This document shows, in pieces, positions 15,401 through 31,300 of a stretch of 64,000 nucleotides of DNA; positions within the stretch are counted from its first letter, which is position 1, and each line of letters begins with the position of its first letter. The stretch lies in contig CM082579.2 in NCBI GenBank assembly GCA_040954595.2, positions 2,059,908-2,123,907 on the forward strand. Direction: 5' to 3'. Both the position numbers and the translations under genes were made by a program. The notes under the pieces are model-generated. The model was given only the letters and a program-made list of their open reading frames with translations. It was not told the origin of the DNA and searched no databases. Origin of the DNA: Balanoglossus misakiensis. Its lineage: Eukaryota; Animalia; Hemichordata.

Positions 15401-16265
15401 TTAATAACTTTAACAAAGGGTTTCATTTAAACAAGCCACAATGATTGGCTATAGATTTCAACTTTCAATGGTAACTGTGGCTAAATTTGCATTGGTGACT
15501 GTATACTTTTATACCTTTAGAATACTTTTATTTGTGTACCTTCTGAAATACATACATGTACGTGTACATGTACATGTATCCACTTCTATTGACCATGCAC
15601 TGTTTTGAAGCATGTCTGCTTCCTCCATTCTACTCATACATGTACTATGAGAGAGGCAAATACAAACACGTACATACACTGTTCATGGCATTGTACAAAG
15701 TCATGACACTGTTTTGCCCAAGCAATGCTAATTTCAGTTGCTTTCACCATGGTAACCACCTCCATTTCTATATCCCTAGTCACGCTACACAGCTACATTA
15801 TTTAGCAGTGAAAACTGCAAATGGATTTTTTTCCTTTGATCCCCACCAACTGACCCTTAAAGCAAAACAGTTCACGGACCGACTGTACTTATTCCGGTAT
15901 CAATAATTACTGGGGACAGAAGGCAGATACATTGCAGCTTGTTAAAATTCGATATTCCACCTGCAAAATTCTCTTTTCTGTCTGGGCCATGTCTCCAGGA
16001 TCTGAGCGATATTATTACATTTTAAAATTTGCTATTTAGCCCCATAAGAGATATATGTCTCCAACAGACGAGATATCTAATTCTTATCACATTTGAAAAC
16101 TTCCACTCTGGGAGACAACATGGAGTTGTGTTTAAAAGGCTTTCACCAAAACTTCCTAATTGGTAATGATGGAATTATGTCCACTTCATCGGGTTCTATA
16201 TTCTGACCTCAATGACCTTAATGTTTGTACTTTGTGCATGTCACCGGAAGAGGCCATATTCCTTG

Positions 16266-16324
<59 letters not shown>

Positions 16325-19300
16325 GTCTCTTGCATTTCAACAAACCAATTTAGGTGATAAGGACATGTCCTTAACTTATACTATAATAAATCAATGCACT
16401 AAAAATGCCAGTGTATATGTTTGTCTCATCTGTACATGTCAGTATATGCATATGATTGTCTGTCTGTCTGTCTGTAAGTGTTTGTACATGCATGTGTGTG
16501 TCTATGTATGCGTGTATGTGTATGTGTAAAAATGCATCTTGTTTTTAATTCTGATTCAATGAGGGCTCTATCAAGAGAACAATACTGAATACCCCTGACA
16601 CTGTTGATTTATACTGCTGGAGGCCATAAAAGGCCCTGGCAAACTGATCTATTCTGTACAATTACTGAAAAATATCTTGCTTGAGTGATGTCCAAGGGTG
16701 ATAGAATCAGACAGGCGTAAACACAGGCTTGCCAATTTGATGACTCAATGCTGATTGTGAATAGGTAACAACGACTGCAAAGCTGAATGTTAATAGCAGA
16801 TTACAAAGGACTGGCTGGGCCTTTTCCTCTTTCTTTCTCTCTTTTTGCTGAGTTAACAGAATTGCGAACACTACTAGTGTTTGGATCGATCACAACGTAT
16901 GTATGTTCAACACGTTTTTTATGACAGAGTAAGCCAACTGAGTTTCACCAAGAAATTGCACAATTATGGAGATTTAAAGAGGACAATCTGAAGACGTTAT
17001 ATTTTTATGTTACACAAAATGATTGTTTCTGCAAACCCATTTAAAAGTAATGAGTTTATTCCATGGAACATGACAGATTAATGATGCTTATTATCAATAT
17101 TCAATTAACTTTTAGTTGGACTGTCTACTGCTACAGTAATCAAGAAAATCATAAAAATGGGCCTTCCAGCAATATCAGGGGGAGTTTGTATACATGTATT
17201 TATGCTGTGTATCTATTTCTTATACATCTACACGCAACTTCGAAATTGTGGGAGCAGAGTGGAGCTCTAATGCCCAACTGCAATGACCTTAATTCATTCC
17301 TTTTTGTGAACAGAGGGATAAAATGAAGCAGAATCAGTGATGACTTTATCCTTTTTGAGTCTAATCACCTGCACGTACAGACACGAAAAGATCACACACA
17401 CACGCGCGTTGCAGACCATCAAGACAGATTTCTTTACACTTTGTGATGACAATGTTTGCACTGAGATTTCCATTTCTTGCATAAAACCCTAATGCACACT
17501 GACTTCTCGCAAAGTGAAAAGCTGAAATGGAACAACACGTGCCCGGAGGTGATATGGCTTTGTAGCCGGTAAATTGCTTTCTGCTTTTACCCGATGGGTT
17601 TCTGCAAAATCAATATCTGTTCATGGCAAATGCAGTGGTTCCCTTTTGCGAGTTCCTGATGAAAACTTTGTCAACACAAAACACAGTCCAACTTGGGCTG
17701 AATGCAGTTGGCATCAACTTGCCTTTAATGGATATCAAGTGAGTTCCAAGATGGGAACCTTTCAATTTCGTTATGCCACAAAATCAATAAACATTTTTAA
17801 GCCAGACTTTCTAAAATTCATCCACACATACATTGTATGGAGACTGTTGGTGGCTCTTTTCTACATCACAATGACCACAACAACATATAATATGCGTACT
17901 TACTTTATAGAAACATCTAAAAAATCATTTTATAGGAAAATATCAGTATTTACAAGGGTGATTTAGACATTTTCATGCAAAATTTAACCTTTTGCCATAG
18001 AGAATACTGTGGTCATAAATAAAATTACTGACGCAATATTTTATAATTTATTCTCACTGACTCATAGACCTCTTCCCATTCTACATCAGATATATGTTAT
18101 CGGTATTTGACCTTTTATCTCAAAGTTCAATATATCTCAGCAGAAGCCGAACAAATCACAAATAAACTCCCATCATTTATCTCATCAGCTTCCTTACACT
18201 GGCGTGGCAACCTTTTGCTGAACTGATAATACCCACAATGCACTGCAACAACACGTATGGCAACAGATTTGATAGAATGTGGTTATCAGAAATCTTGAAG
18301 TGGTGTTCTCGTTTTCTAGTAGTTTCTTGACATTTCACGTCAAACTTTAAGCGCAGCAGGTTCTGGGAATCACACCAACTTATTTGCCTCTGATGCCCTG
18401 CAGTATGTATACTTGTAGATGTACATGTACATGCACCCAAAAAGACTGACTTACATTGCACTGTGGGTATACAAAGTCTTATCACAGACTGCAAAATGTC
18501 AGTACTCCAATATTGCTTTCCTGTAGCAATGTGAGAAAAGATTTTGGCGATTAATAAAAAATTCACCAGCTTTGAGGCTAGTTTGAGCAAAATGACTCAA
18601 GCCCAGTCAATATTTCTGGGATTGATAAAATATTCACTAGTTTTCTGAGCTTAGTTTGAGCAAAACTGCTTGCCCCTGAGCTTGGCTAGTGGATTTGCTC
18701 ACTCAATGGAGTCAAACATGAATAATGATTTTAATACAGATTTGGAATTAAATATCAACGAAACAAGCCCAGAAGACGAAGCAGCAAGAATACTACATTT
18801 CAATTCTTCCATAGTAACATGATGTAATCCAAAATTAGTATTTTAGTATCAGTAATTTTCTCTTATGGATCGCGACAACATTTACAAAATATTTTATGTC
18901 ATGTTCGAAGAAATCACTCAAAAAATATAACAAAACAGTAATAAATAAAGGCAATAATTAGGAGGTATATGTGGTTCAAAACTAGAATTTCTGCAAGAAT
19001 GCCAGGATCAGAAGACTGATTTCAATATAACAACTGAGCATCTCTGTTGTTGCTATGAAACACACGGGACCAATGTCTTCTGGCTGCTTACAAATATGAC
19101 TCATTATTTAAACAGCTGGAAGACACTTTCCGAACACAAATCTCAGAAGCTTTAACGAGAGTCGTATCATAACTTCTGTCCAACAACCTTGCCCTCAGCA
19201 TGAGTATACAACCTTGTCCTTATCAAGACAGTTATATGGAGATCGTTCTGAATAAGCATTGAAACAAGTGTCTTCTGGTATACAAGAGCGCTTCAGCTAA

Positions 19301-22300
19301 GAAGCTATAATGGCGTTTTTTTCATAAGAAGATTGTATGGTACTACCCATTTCATATATGCACTGAAGTTGCAAAGGTAAATGTAATATTGAATACATTT
19401 AATGATTAGGTTAGTATCAATCAAAATAGACATTGTCAAGATTTACATACTAATGTTGACTTTATCCTACATCATTCGATTACATATGATAAATGTATGT
19501 AGGTAATCCCAAAACAGAATTACATCCATTTCAATTAGGCACATAGTGTTCATCATGTAAAGATTTCAGTATTAATGTTGAGAACCTGCACTGAGACATT
19601 CCACGCATCTAATACAGTGTACACATGTGTATAGACTCCCTGGAGCTATGACTGTTATAGAACAGCCACAACCCAATAATGATACAATCAGTTTCTGTAA
19701 TTCCAATCAGTTTCTGTATGGCCACAGAGGGGAAATGTGACTGTGATGTCCCAAAATGAACCATTACTAGCAACAGACAAATGTAAATTATCACCTCTGG
19801 TTTGTTTTGTTATTTATGTATGTAACACTGTAATATAATAACTTCTCTGCTTGCCTTGGGCTCAGGATTTTGACTATTAGACGAAAACAAATCACCAATA
19901 AAACATCCAGTTTTATCTGATTTAATTTGCAATCAGGTAGCCATTATGATTATTTTCTGATAGGTGAATATATATCATGTCTTGCACATTCAATTTCTGT
20001 TTGTGCCATGAAATATGTAAATGTGTATGGCAAAAAGCAACATTTATATTATCAATTATTTCATTGATAATATACATCGTAATATGGCAATGGCAATTTC
20101 ATATCAATTATTTTGACAACTTCTAAAGATTTTAATATAGCAGAGGACACATACAATTATCATTATCAAACCTGCCTTATTTGGGAAAATCATTTTAATA
20201 GACACACATCTGTAGAATCTAGACAGTCAAAAAGAGTTCACTTGGTTAGAGCAATAAGCTTCAATTTCAGATTACATATTTGCCCACACGACCTCATTCA
20301 CTGCGTAGACGGCCTTTATTTCCTCCAAGGACACAGCTTGATGCGGATGTCAACGGGAATAAACACGCAGTTCCACTCTCACTCTCTAACCATGACAACA
20401 CTATGCAGTGTGCATGCAAGATGAACACACGTCCATAATGGAATGATCACACTATTGAAATCCCATAACTTCGATAATTGAATGGAGAAACGCCAATCTC
20501 GTGAATACGTAAGAAACAAGATTGCTACACTCAATCTATTCCACCATGCGCCTTTGTGAATTTTTCTGTTATTCTGTAATCTCAACTTTTTTTGGCTCTT
20601 CCTCCTTTGGTGATTAAACAAATTTCCCCAAAATTCTATCCAAACTATGTCCGAGAACAATACAGCGTTGCGAGTCAAACAGTAGAGTACAAATCCATGA
20701 TGCAGGTCACGTCTCATATTGTTTTAACAGTCACCGAGAGAACGGGCATTAAATTTTGGTGACACCCTAGTTGATACTGTCAAACACAGGTACACGTCTC
20801 TTGGTATGACAGGATAACCTATAAATTTGTTTCGATATCAATAAACGTTAAAAAACAGTCCTTTAAGAGAAGAGAGAGATATTCCCAATGCCAAATGGTC
20901 ACATCTGAGTTGTTTCTCTTAACCAATGTGGAATTATTCATTGCTAGTCATCCAGACGTTTGTTTATCTTTTACCATATGCAAGTAACCGTTTTACCCTA
21001 CAACCAGCATTTCCTCATGGTCATATAAAAGATTGGTACCAGTATCATTCCCACATCCATATTCCAAAAAAATATAGACTGAAAGGGTATTTGGAAAAAC
21101 TGTTGTAATTAGTAAATGGGATGGGTTGCCCATATACTGGGACCACTTGACTGAGTATAAAGCTCTCTGGATTTATTTTGCCAATATGTTATTTGACATT
21201 CCATTACAGTTCCTCACAGAACAACCGAATGACATATTGTAGATCAGGTGGACTATTAAGGCAAGGACACGCTCATCAACTTCATCATTCTAAAAGATCT
21301 CATCATCGTTAACAGACAACGTAGACTTTAAGTCCATGATTTGTTTACAAATTCCACACAGATGGTCTGCTGGTTGCATGTTAACTACATCATGTCCACA
21401 TCCTTGTTTGCTTTTGCAAGGATGCACCATCTAGTTGAAAGTAATATTGAAATGTGTCATGTCTTTCACTCTCAGGAAATTCACAGTAGAGTTTCATCAT
21501 TTATTGATTAACAGTGATGGCCAATCATTTTTCGGAGTGTGTACAGTTTGTACAGCTGTCACTGAGCTGTGGGTGTGTCGATATATCGGAATGAGTTGAA
21601 CTTCCATGATAGGGTTGACATCTGTGTCCACAAAAGTTAAATGGGAAGCAGCAAAACATGCCATGTCTGTGAAATCACACAAGTGTATTGTGAATGCGAG
21701 TTCCTTGGGGCATGTGTCACTCGACAAATAGCACTAACAACCACAAGCAACACCAACAGATGGGGTGACTTTTACTTTGGAGTGTATTGCTCACGTTACC
21801 ACCAGATGTCATCGATTGGATGCAGTTAGTACATGTGCAGAACCATTGGCATCGATATCTACAAGTGTTTAGCTACATGTACATCTTGCAGTTGACAAAG
21901 CTACTCTACATCTGTGAGGAAATAAAAGGCCATGTACTACCTATCAATAAGATATCCACAGTCAATAACATATCACCCACTGAAAAAACATGACTTTCTT
22001 TCTTTTGGATGAGGGAGCCATGTGTTGTGTCAACACTATGAGTGTGATTGCATAGTGTTCATGGATTTCAGTTTGCCCATCATCATACATCAACCATGAG
22101 CTTTTTGTGAAGTTTGAAGACGACAGCATACAAGACGTGTACATGTTTAGCAGTGCTCACACAAGATAATCCTGTCCAGGTGCTTCTTAGTAGAACGTTA
22201 AATGTCAGTGTATGATGACTGTCATAAATCAGAAGTTCAGTGTACACAATTAGTCTGCTCTGAAAAGTACACTAGAACGTACATGTACCATGCAAGTACA

Positions 22301-25300
22301 TACATTGGACACACTCTTGGGAATTAGTGAACTTAAAGCTGTCCACAGACATAAAAAAAAAACCCGTTGCCCATTGCATTACTCCCACGCATGTAGTTTG
22401 TTGTGTTGTGCTGTGTTACTTGTATTTTGATATACAATGTACATCATGTACATGTTATAGATACGTATGTGGATACTGAAATGTATCAGGTATGCAGATC
22501 TTCTCAATTCTCAACTACTCGAGTTCCAGTATAAACAAGCCATTTACTGATCCAACCTGTTGGTGTGGCATTTTGTTCAGATAAAATATTCCAGAGAAAA
22601 TGTAACACTAGAGGTGAAACCCACAATTCAAATGGACCATGGTACGTGCATCAGTGACGCTGTAGTAGACAGTAATATTTTGGAGTAGGCCTATTATCTC
22701 AGCTTGTTAGATGCGGTTGAATCAATTGGTTCTGAATCTGATTCACATGGATGCACATGAATTACATGAGTTACAATTGCACATTACGAAACACTGAAGT
22801 TGTTTACCATTACATGTTTAATGGCTTGGATGAATGTGCTGAACATTCCAAATTTCTCAGCTAGTTTAGAATCTTTTTCCTGAAATGTGGAAGTTATAAA
22901 AACCATAAGTAGTACATGCAAATAACCATGAAGTAATGGCATTTTGCTTTTTAGTGATTTCTTGAAATGCTTTTCAAAACTCATTTGTCTGTTTACAGCT
23001 TATTTGGATGATGTCAAATAAGTGACATGCAATAAGAGAGTTGTGTATTTGCTTACACATATATGCAAGTCTGTTTTAGAGCAGTCCTAACTGGTACCAT
23101 CTTACAGGGAAATTGGGTTAATTGGATGTAACTGTAAACTGCTATTCAGGAAGAGACAGCTAAATCAATGCCCGCACACATAAACTTCCATAACAACCCC
23201 TAGGTTCCTGTGTTATCTTCTGTGCGGCTCTGAGATTAAGAAGCGTCACAGGATATGCAAGATGAGTATCTTGGCCGCCAGTCAATTGTCAATGGACCAA
23301 GATTAGAAAGTGCAAAGATGTTAGGTTGGACTCATCAGTACATGTCTTTCCACAATACCTTTGGATTTTAATCTTTAATCAGACGACAATCATGATGGTC
23401 AAAAAACTAAAATTGAGATTTCTCATCATACAGAGTAGGAGTGAACACATATCAACGGTTAAAAGGTCAGCAACATTGCAATTTGTTTTTATGGCACAGA
23501 CGAACGGTGAATATCACTATGAAAATTGACCAAAACAGCCTCCAAACAAATTTATATCTACAAATAACAGGAAAAACAAGTTGAAAAGGAACCGCATCCC
23601 CATTAAATCGCGCTATCTCGAAATCTGCATCACCTTTTGCTGGAGACAGAATCAATTGGGAGCGGGTGACTAGAGGATGAATTTGGCCAGAGGCAAAAGC
23701 AGACTTACTCAACATGGGCAAATCGTAACCACTGCGGAGTAGGATAAAAATCTCTCTAACGAACAAAGTGCATGTCAGTAGCTTTGTACATGTAAATCCT
23801 TGATTGGCATAGTCATCTGCTGGAGTTTTCAACCTGGACCCATGTGGGTGATCACTTGTGAAGCATGCACTAGATTTTCACACAAACTCCTTTTGACCTG
23901 TGCATACATGTAGCTCTGGCAGACAGACAGTGCCTTGATGCCTAAATGAGGAGGAAATATGGGAAATGTGGACCATTTCAACCACAACATTGGTAACAAT
24001 TCGAACAAAAATCAAACGACAGGTCTATGTCTTTTAACTCTGTATTCTGTGAACTGTTCCTAATTTGTCAACTTGCAATAAACTAAAGGTACTCTTCTGT
24101 CTATGCAGGGCTTTCATGGTAATGTGGTGAAGTGTTTTGAAGAGACTGGATGTCGACTGCAACACATCAGTGTGTAATCAAGAGAAAACATTGAGTACTA
24201 TTGTGGCGGTTTCTCTTTCAGCATTGAAAATTGCAATGTCTCAACACGGTGGGCCTTGTGAGTAATATCATTCGATCTGCCTTGATTATTTCTGTGATTA
24301 GAAACCGATGATTGATACTTTTCCAGACATATTGTTTTTCGCTCGAGTGATGTGAAAGTACATTGGTTCTACATGCATCCAGTACTGCCTTAAAATGAAC
24401 ACATAAAGTTGGAAGGGCTGAGATTTCGAGGTAACAAGGAGATTGCTTGAGGGGTTCCACATTTACAGCTCAACAACCCTTTGAAGTGAACGGCATCATG
24501 GCTGTTTTCTCAAAACTCAAGAAGTCTTACATGTTTATTCTGTTGAAAATATTCACAAATGACCTTCCTGCATTTTATCCTTTTGTGCTAATTCTCAGGA
24601 AATCTGCTTTGAAACCCTTCCTGACCAACATTTCATCATAACCATCTAACAAGACACATTTGGCCAATTATACCCCTACACTCATACCCATCATGATTTT
24701 ACTTTCAAACCTCCATTGGTCCTTTCAAATAAGCGTATACAAACATATTAACAACCTCTGATTGTGGCTCCACAAACTCAAAATGGTATCTTCCATTGGC
24801 TAAGATTGGAGTATTTTACCGTCAAAAATTTATGTATGAGTGGCAGCTATTAAGGTTTTAATAAATGTATCCTAGATTATCACTTATGCTTACTATTAGC
24901 GTCCGCTGTGAAGTGATAGCACCAAAACAACAAAAACTTGATTGCAACAAATATTTTATTAGAAAACACAAGTCAACACAAGCATTTTAGCATTCAGAAC
25001 TTTGTAAAAGAAGAATACAAAATATTTAATTGCACATTTACCGGGTGAAGCCAACTATACTGCAGCTCATCCATTGTGCCTGCAGGCTGCTAATCTCAGG
25101 TTTGGTATATCTCTTCCAATCAGACTCCCACTCAGTATTTTACTAATGAGACACTGCTGAGTTATCCCAAAAGGCAAATCATCTGACCGCACATAAGTAG
25201 ATCAGAGTTTGGGTTTGTTAATTGTAGTAAACTACCTCGGCATCTCGTAACTCCAAATACAGATAATATATTTTACATATATGCACAGAAAATACCGTAA

Positions 25301-28300
25301 AATGTACTGTGGCACAATTCTCATTCTGTACTGAATGCGATAATCTTACTGGTCACTGAACTCATGTCTACCTGACGAGACAAACAACACGTACTCTATG
25401 TTTATTGACTTCATATTGACTGGACGACAATTGATTTGACAGGTATTTAAATATACAAATGTCATTTATTATGTGGGGCAGCAAGGAAGTTTTCGAAAAC
25501 ATCCTGAATGATTATCACAAGCTAAAATTCTTGAAATTCTTGAAACGATAAACATTTCTCATCACATTATCTATCTTGTTGGTATTTGCTCATCAATAAT
25601 AGATACTGGGGGGAATTCAGAATAAATTCACGTATAAAATAAAAGCAATCTGCGCTAATTTCAGTACAAGCCTCACCTGAACTTCTCATTATAAAATCCA
25701 TGATGAATGATTTAGACATGACAGGGTAATGACTATGTTAACCATTATTTAGACTGACAATGCCCCCCTAGAGGATAATTTATAAAATAAAAACATGACA
25801 TATGGATTCTATTATGAGATGCACTTTGGCGACTGATCACAGAGTTGAGATTGATGCACCTCTGATGTGTGTATGCCTCTAATGTAATTTATGATTTCAT
25901 TTTCCTTCATCTCGTAAACCTATGAAATTATCCCTTCCTGAGCTACAGGGTACCCTGGTGTAGAAAAAATACATATGCTATCTGAAAACACACACATGCA
26001 GGATTCCTGTACTTTATGCACTATAACATTCTTTGGTTATACATGTACATAAAAAATCTTTGATATCGTCACAGCTGTATCAATAACACACAGCACTTTG
26101 GTGTAATGGATTATCCTCTAGCGTGCCATCATTTTATGTCATGGACATTGTTCATCTAAGGTACACAGATTTACAATTACAAATGGCAATAGAGTCTTTT
26201 TTACGGTCAGACGTCTGCACTGAGGGGAAACTACATACACAGTTATGGAGCTATGTACAGTACAGTTCAATGTGTTCTTTTCTAATTAGCTAACATTGGC
26301 CTAAAACAAAGCAGTCTGTGGTGCAAGAAAAGTGCTGACTCAGCCCTTTAATCCATATTTCAGTCTCTCTCAACAAAGACTAAGTTCTTGTAAGTTGTAG
26401 CATATTTCTAGAATTGCCGGAAGGGCATGTCAGACAGACCATAGAAACTGATCTCCTGTACAAGTGACGGTTGACTGCAGCAATTAAATGCTTCCAAGCT
26501 ATTAATCAGAGACGGAATCAAGTACGCTGTCACGCAAACGGCCAGCTTTGCTGTGGATTGGTCGACGGGAATATAAAAGCGGTGAAATGTCACCACTCCT
26601 GAATGAAATTTTATTACGTGCCACCCGCAGACCTTGCCAACTTGAAATATGCCACAGCCACTTGACCTCAATCTCATCATTTTCATTCTTCCCAAGCCGT
26701 GGCACATTGACATTGCCGTATAAAAACATCCACACTAGTATTCCGCACTTGCCTTCAATTACACAGAACAATACCGAGAACGCTGGAATGATTCGACGCC
26801 ACTAAATGACATCCAAATTACCAACAAAAACTCTTTCTTGTGTGTAATTGGCTATTAAACCTCTGAAACCATTACACGTAGAGCCTGATGAATTTGTACC
26901 TGAACAAACTGACTGCTCCTTATATCATTCATGAATTCACACTCAAAAATATTCCCACCTCAGCAGGATGCTTTCAAGATAATTAGTGGGCCTGTTGGGG
27001 GTCAAACATATTTCTCTTCAAATCTGACATGTCTGCAATACTGTCAAGATTTAAAAATTCAAAGAGAAATATCAGGTGTTAGATGGTGCACTTGTATGGC
27101 AAGTTTATGAGAAATACATTTGTAGGATTGTGTGTAAATACAACAGACTATCAGCATCTTTTATTTGGGCACTTTACAAGTCACCTGTGCTACAGATAAG
27201 GAAGCCAAACCAGCAACAGCGAAAATGGTTTTCTATGCGCAAACACACTGTGAAGCCACAGCATGCATTACCATGGCAATCTGGCGTTAAGTCACTTGCC
27301 ACGACCTCAAAACACACACATGCATCAAGATCAAACCCACCAAGCCGCGATTCCATCCATTACAGATTCCGTCCACACGTCAAAAAGATCACTGAATTCT
27401 AATGAAACGGATTGGCGCTTTTATGCTCTTTTCGGCAAAGTGCTAAAAGGAATTACAAAGAATGTTTCACTGACTACATGTATGTCTTAATAAATGAAAG
27501 ATGTTTGATTGATGACAGTGGGGTGATGATGGATTTTCTTGTATAATATTAGGACAGCGAGAATTACTGACAGTTCAAGAACTAGACACACACCTGCTGC
27601 CAAATTCAAAATTATCATCGCTAAGTGGTTAATCCATTTCAGAGCCTCTTCTATTAATTTATTCATTGAAATGGACCATGCTTCACCATCATTCCCACTA
27701 ACCACGGATTTCACTCGCATAATTTGGAAACAATCCCAAGTTCATTCCGTTAATAGATTGATCTGCTCCTTACTCAGGAATTATTTATAATTTTCTTTAA
27801 TTGCTTGAATATGCCATCCATTGAAGATTTACATAATCAACTGGCAGATCGGCTAATTGACCACTTGATCGATCCAGCCACAGATTAGACTGATGGCAAC
27901 GCTGGCCTCTGACTCTAAAGCATATATTTACATTAGCCGATCACTCTGTCATCAGATTTGGCTGATAAATGTGTATTCCAAAGGTAATTTACTCATCATC
28001 TTCAGATCAGAATTGGGATTGGAGAAATCTGACATTTTATAAACTACAATCAGAGGTTGATAATATGGTTGTGTATTTCAATGGACAAGGTTTGAAAGTA
28101 ACATCATGAAAATAATGCAAACAAAAATGGCAGCTATTGGGGCTTTAACAGCGTATTCAAACTACAGAGACACACTGTGTTGCATACTAATACAAGCCAG
28201 GCCAGGCTGATGATAAAATGCTTTTCCTGTACTATTTGATCAAGTATCACAGCGTTGCATTTCCATGGTTACGATCATCCCCCGATGCTCTCGCCATGGT

Positions 28301-31300
28301 TACAAATGAGAGTAACAATCATACTCCTGTTGGGAGATTCTCAGTAAAATGCAACCAGACACCTACTAAGTACTTTCTCTTAAATTAGGGAGAAATTGTC
28401 TGCAATCAAACCACTTCCTGACTCGGACAAAGGGAAGCATAATTGAGTTAGATAAACCGTTAGTAATACAGTGTAAACAATACGATCATCACCACCACTG
28501 ACTCTCAGAGTGATTACACGTATGATTGTCGGCAAAACAAAAAATCCCAGCACACGCTTCACAGTTCCTGAGAGCAATTACGAGTGTAAAGAACACATAA
28601 CGCGCGCTTAACAATTATTCTCCAAAAAATGACGCTGCATCACATGATAAAACTAATACTTTTTAATAAAATGAACCAGTCTGCTTATTTAGCCACAACA
28701 CACATTTTCCTGAAACAAATTCTCTCCTCTGGGTAATTTTGTTCAGGTACAGTAATAATAAGTTCTGTCGTGTTGATAAACGTGCACACCCATAAATGAG
28801 GGTACTGATCTCCCAAAGTCCGCTCGATGGCTCTATTATAGAGGTCAATGCTCCCCCGCTTCTGTGCTACAGAGACATGTGCTATTAGCCATTTACTGTG
28901 CGTCCACTGTATTCGCACACTGCAACACAGATATTAATATATAGTTCATGTGTCACGTACATCATGAACAAGCATGTACATCTACAGTGTGTTCATAGGA
29001 TACACCCGAAAGTAAGCAGGCCAATATAGAAGGATATTTGCAACGGGACCGATAAAAAAAGCAGCAAGCCTATTCACCCAAGGTCCTGAAACACTGCCAA
29101 GATGAATCTGCTGATAAACTCCCCTGTCTAGTAACCCAAGTCAATGGATAAAGAAGAGCTCATCATAATGATATGACATGACTGGGAAGATAACAAAAAC
29201 TACAAGTGAACAGGATTGTGCTGATAGTGATATACAACTTATGGGAGTGAAAAATTCTCATTCACATCGCAGAAACAAGTCGTTTTCAATTCTAGAGTAA
29301 ACCACGAGTATGTGTGCCATACATTCATCACAGCTTTCCAAGGAGAGTAATTGTCCCAAACAGACAAGGCATGCTTATTGCTCCATCAAGTGTGAATATT
29401 TCAATCTGCCTCCAATTTGACGACCGTGTTTTGTAGACAATAAAAAAGGTGTTGAGAAATTTTGGCTGATTGCTGTCAGATGAAATGACAGACGTGATAG
29501 GTCACCTTCACCAAGCCATCGAAAGCTGAATGGTTAAAGCAGATTAAAAAGTCTGTTCAATAGAAGCATATGAGATCACGGTGACTGGAAAATGAAGTCT
29601 TGGGTGCAGTCAATAGAGACTGGTTTGACGTATACACAAGATGGTGATTGTTGTGTCCAATGTCCACTTCATAGAAACATGGTTGTATCAATCTCTTTAT
29701 CAGTTGGCACTGAAATTCATGCTTTGAAATATATATACAGACAATTTTGAAGTGTATTCAGCACTTTTCCCCATCTGCGATAGAGCAATATCTCTGTGCA
29801 GTGATATTGAATTTTTTGTGCTACTCGTTTATCCCTCCTGGATATTTTGCAACATTCAACATTTTCAGAGAAAGTTTCAAAGAAAACATTCACAGGAGAA
29901 TACTTCATCGTGAGAGAAAGTCTCATGAAGCTATACACTCCCTGTCATGTCAACAACACAACAAACCACCAAACTCTGCTACATTCGGCAAATCAGTCTA
30001 AAAGACGATTGCTAGAATACGGCTCACGGCCGGCTAGTCATCACCATGCCAACAGTTAATTTTTCATCGTTTCTGTGAGATAAATGAGTTGGGCACGTTC
30101 AATCCTCTGTGCCTAGTCATGACACATGTTCACATTCATTACTTCACAGCTTCAATGCCTTTCCCAAAGCTATTCTACAGTGACATTTAAGGCAAGAAAA
30201 AATCGCAAGATCGTTCATTACAAGGGCGGAGAACATCACAAGACCTCACAGTCCCGTTTTCTGTCATTTCCAATGAATCAAGGGATCCCAAAGGGTTTCT
30301 GAAGTAATATGAATTATAGCTCTAAAATATCTATGAACAGAATATAATAAATGATTGCGTGGTCTCCATGGTTACACACATGCATACATTGAAGGCGTCC
30401 CGGATTTTGTGGATAACTGGTACACCCAATGCTGGAGGCAACATGATACGCCATTTCAGGCGTCATTCAATGGCTGTGGACACCAATTATTTACCAAAGG
30501 TAACTCGCAAAATCCACCCTGAACGCAGAGCAAAATTACCTCATTTCATTTGATGTAGATATAAAGAAGGAAACTACATTGAAGTGTGACTTTTTGGACT
30601 TATTATAAGTAAATGTACATCACAAAAATAATATGTACATGTAGACGTCACAATACAATCCTGAATGGGTGTTAACCATGTTTGAATATGTAACACAATC
30701 AACTTTATTTAATATCTGGATAATAATTCTAGCACTTAAATGTTGGTACATGTATGTTTGAATGCAACAGGAACTGCATCATCCACATTTCCTTCACTTA
30801 AGCTCCACTCTGCAGCACTCACATTTTGATGGTGCCTATTGGATATGTTGCCTAATCATTCACAGGTGGTACATCTATGTATTTTGCTTCAAGTTTTCAC
30901 GAGAATCATGCTGAACATCAAATTGTGTGTTTTGTGGGATTCAAAAGCAAGATTGCTGAAAGCAAAAGTACCATGCATACATGTACAATGAGAAGAAAGT
31001 CATCCATGTCACGATCATGTCACGTATCTCTTGGACACAAGACAAATTCGACACAATTTGCAACTGCTAAGCCTGCAGCAAGGCACTATGGTAATAACCT
31101 GTGCTCTGTAGATGCTGTGTCCCACTGAACAATGATTCTGGGTGAATTTGATGCGAACATTCATAGTGACACTAAACAACATTTGAACAAATCCAGAATT
31201 ATCATGGTTGTATACAATATACTTTGTATGCAAGTGAAGGCTGCTCTAGTTTCCGACTTTCATCTTACAAGGCCTGCAGATTCCATCTCAATCTAATGCA

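Noticed and set aside
16160-16529. Poly-His/poly-Ile ORFs (also poly-Met/His at 5740-6168 and 40697-41410)
   Set aside because: Translations of intronic CAT microsatellites.
18555-18670. Short internal direct repeat (..ttcacyag..tagtttgagcaaaa, twice) and CAGGG/CCCTG-ended fragments near 35.2 and 36.1 kb
   Set aside because: Probably decayed non-autonomous transposon fragments, but no paired termini or target-site duplications could be established.
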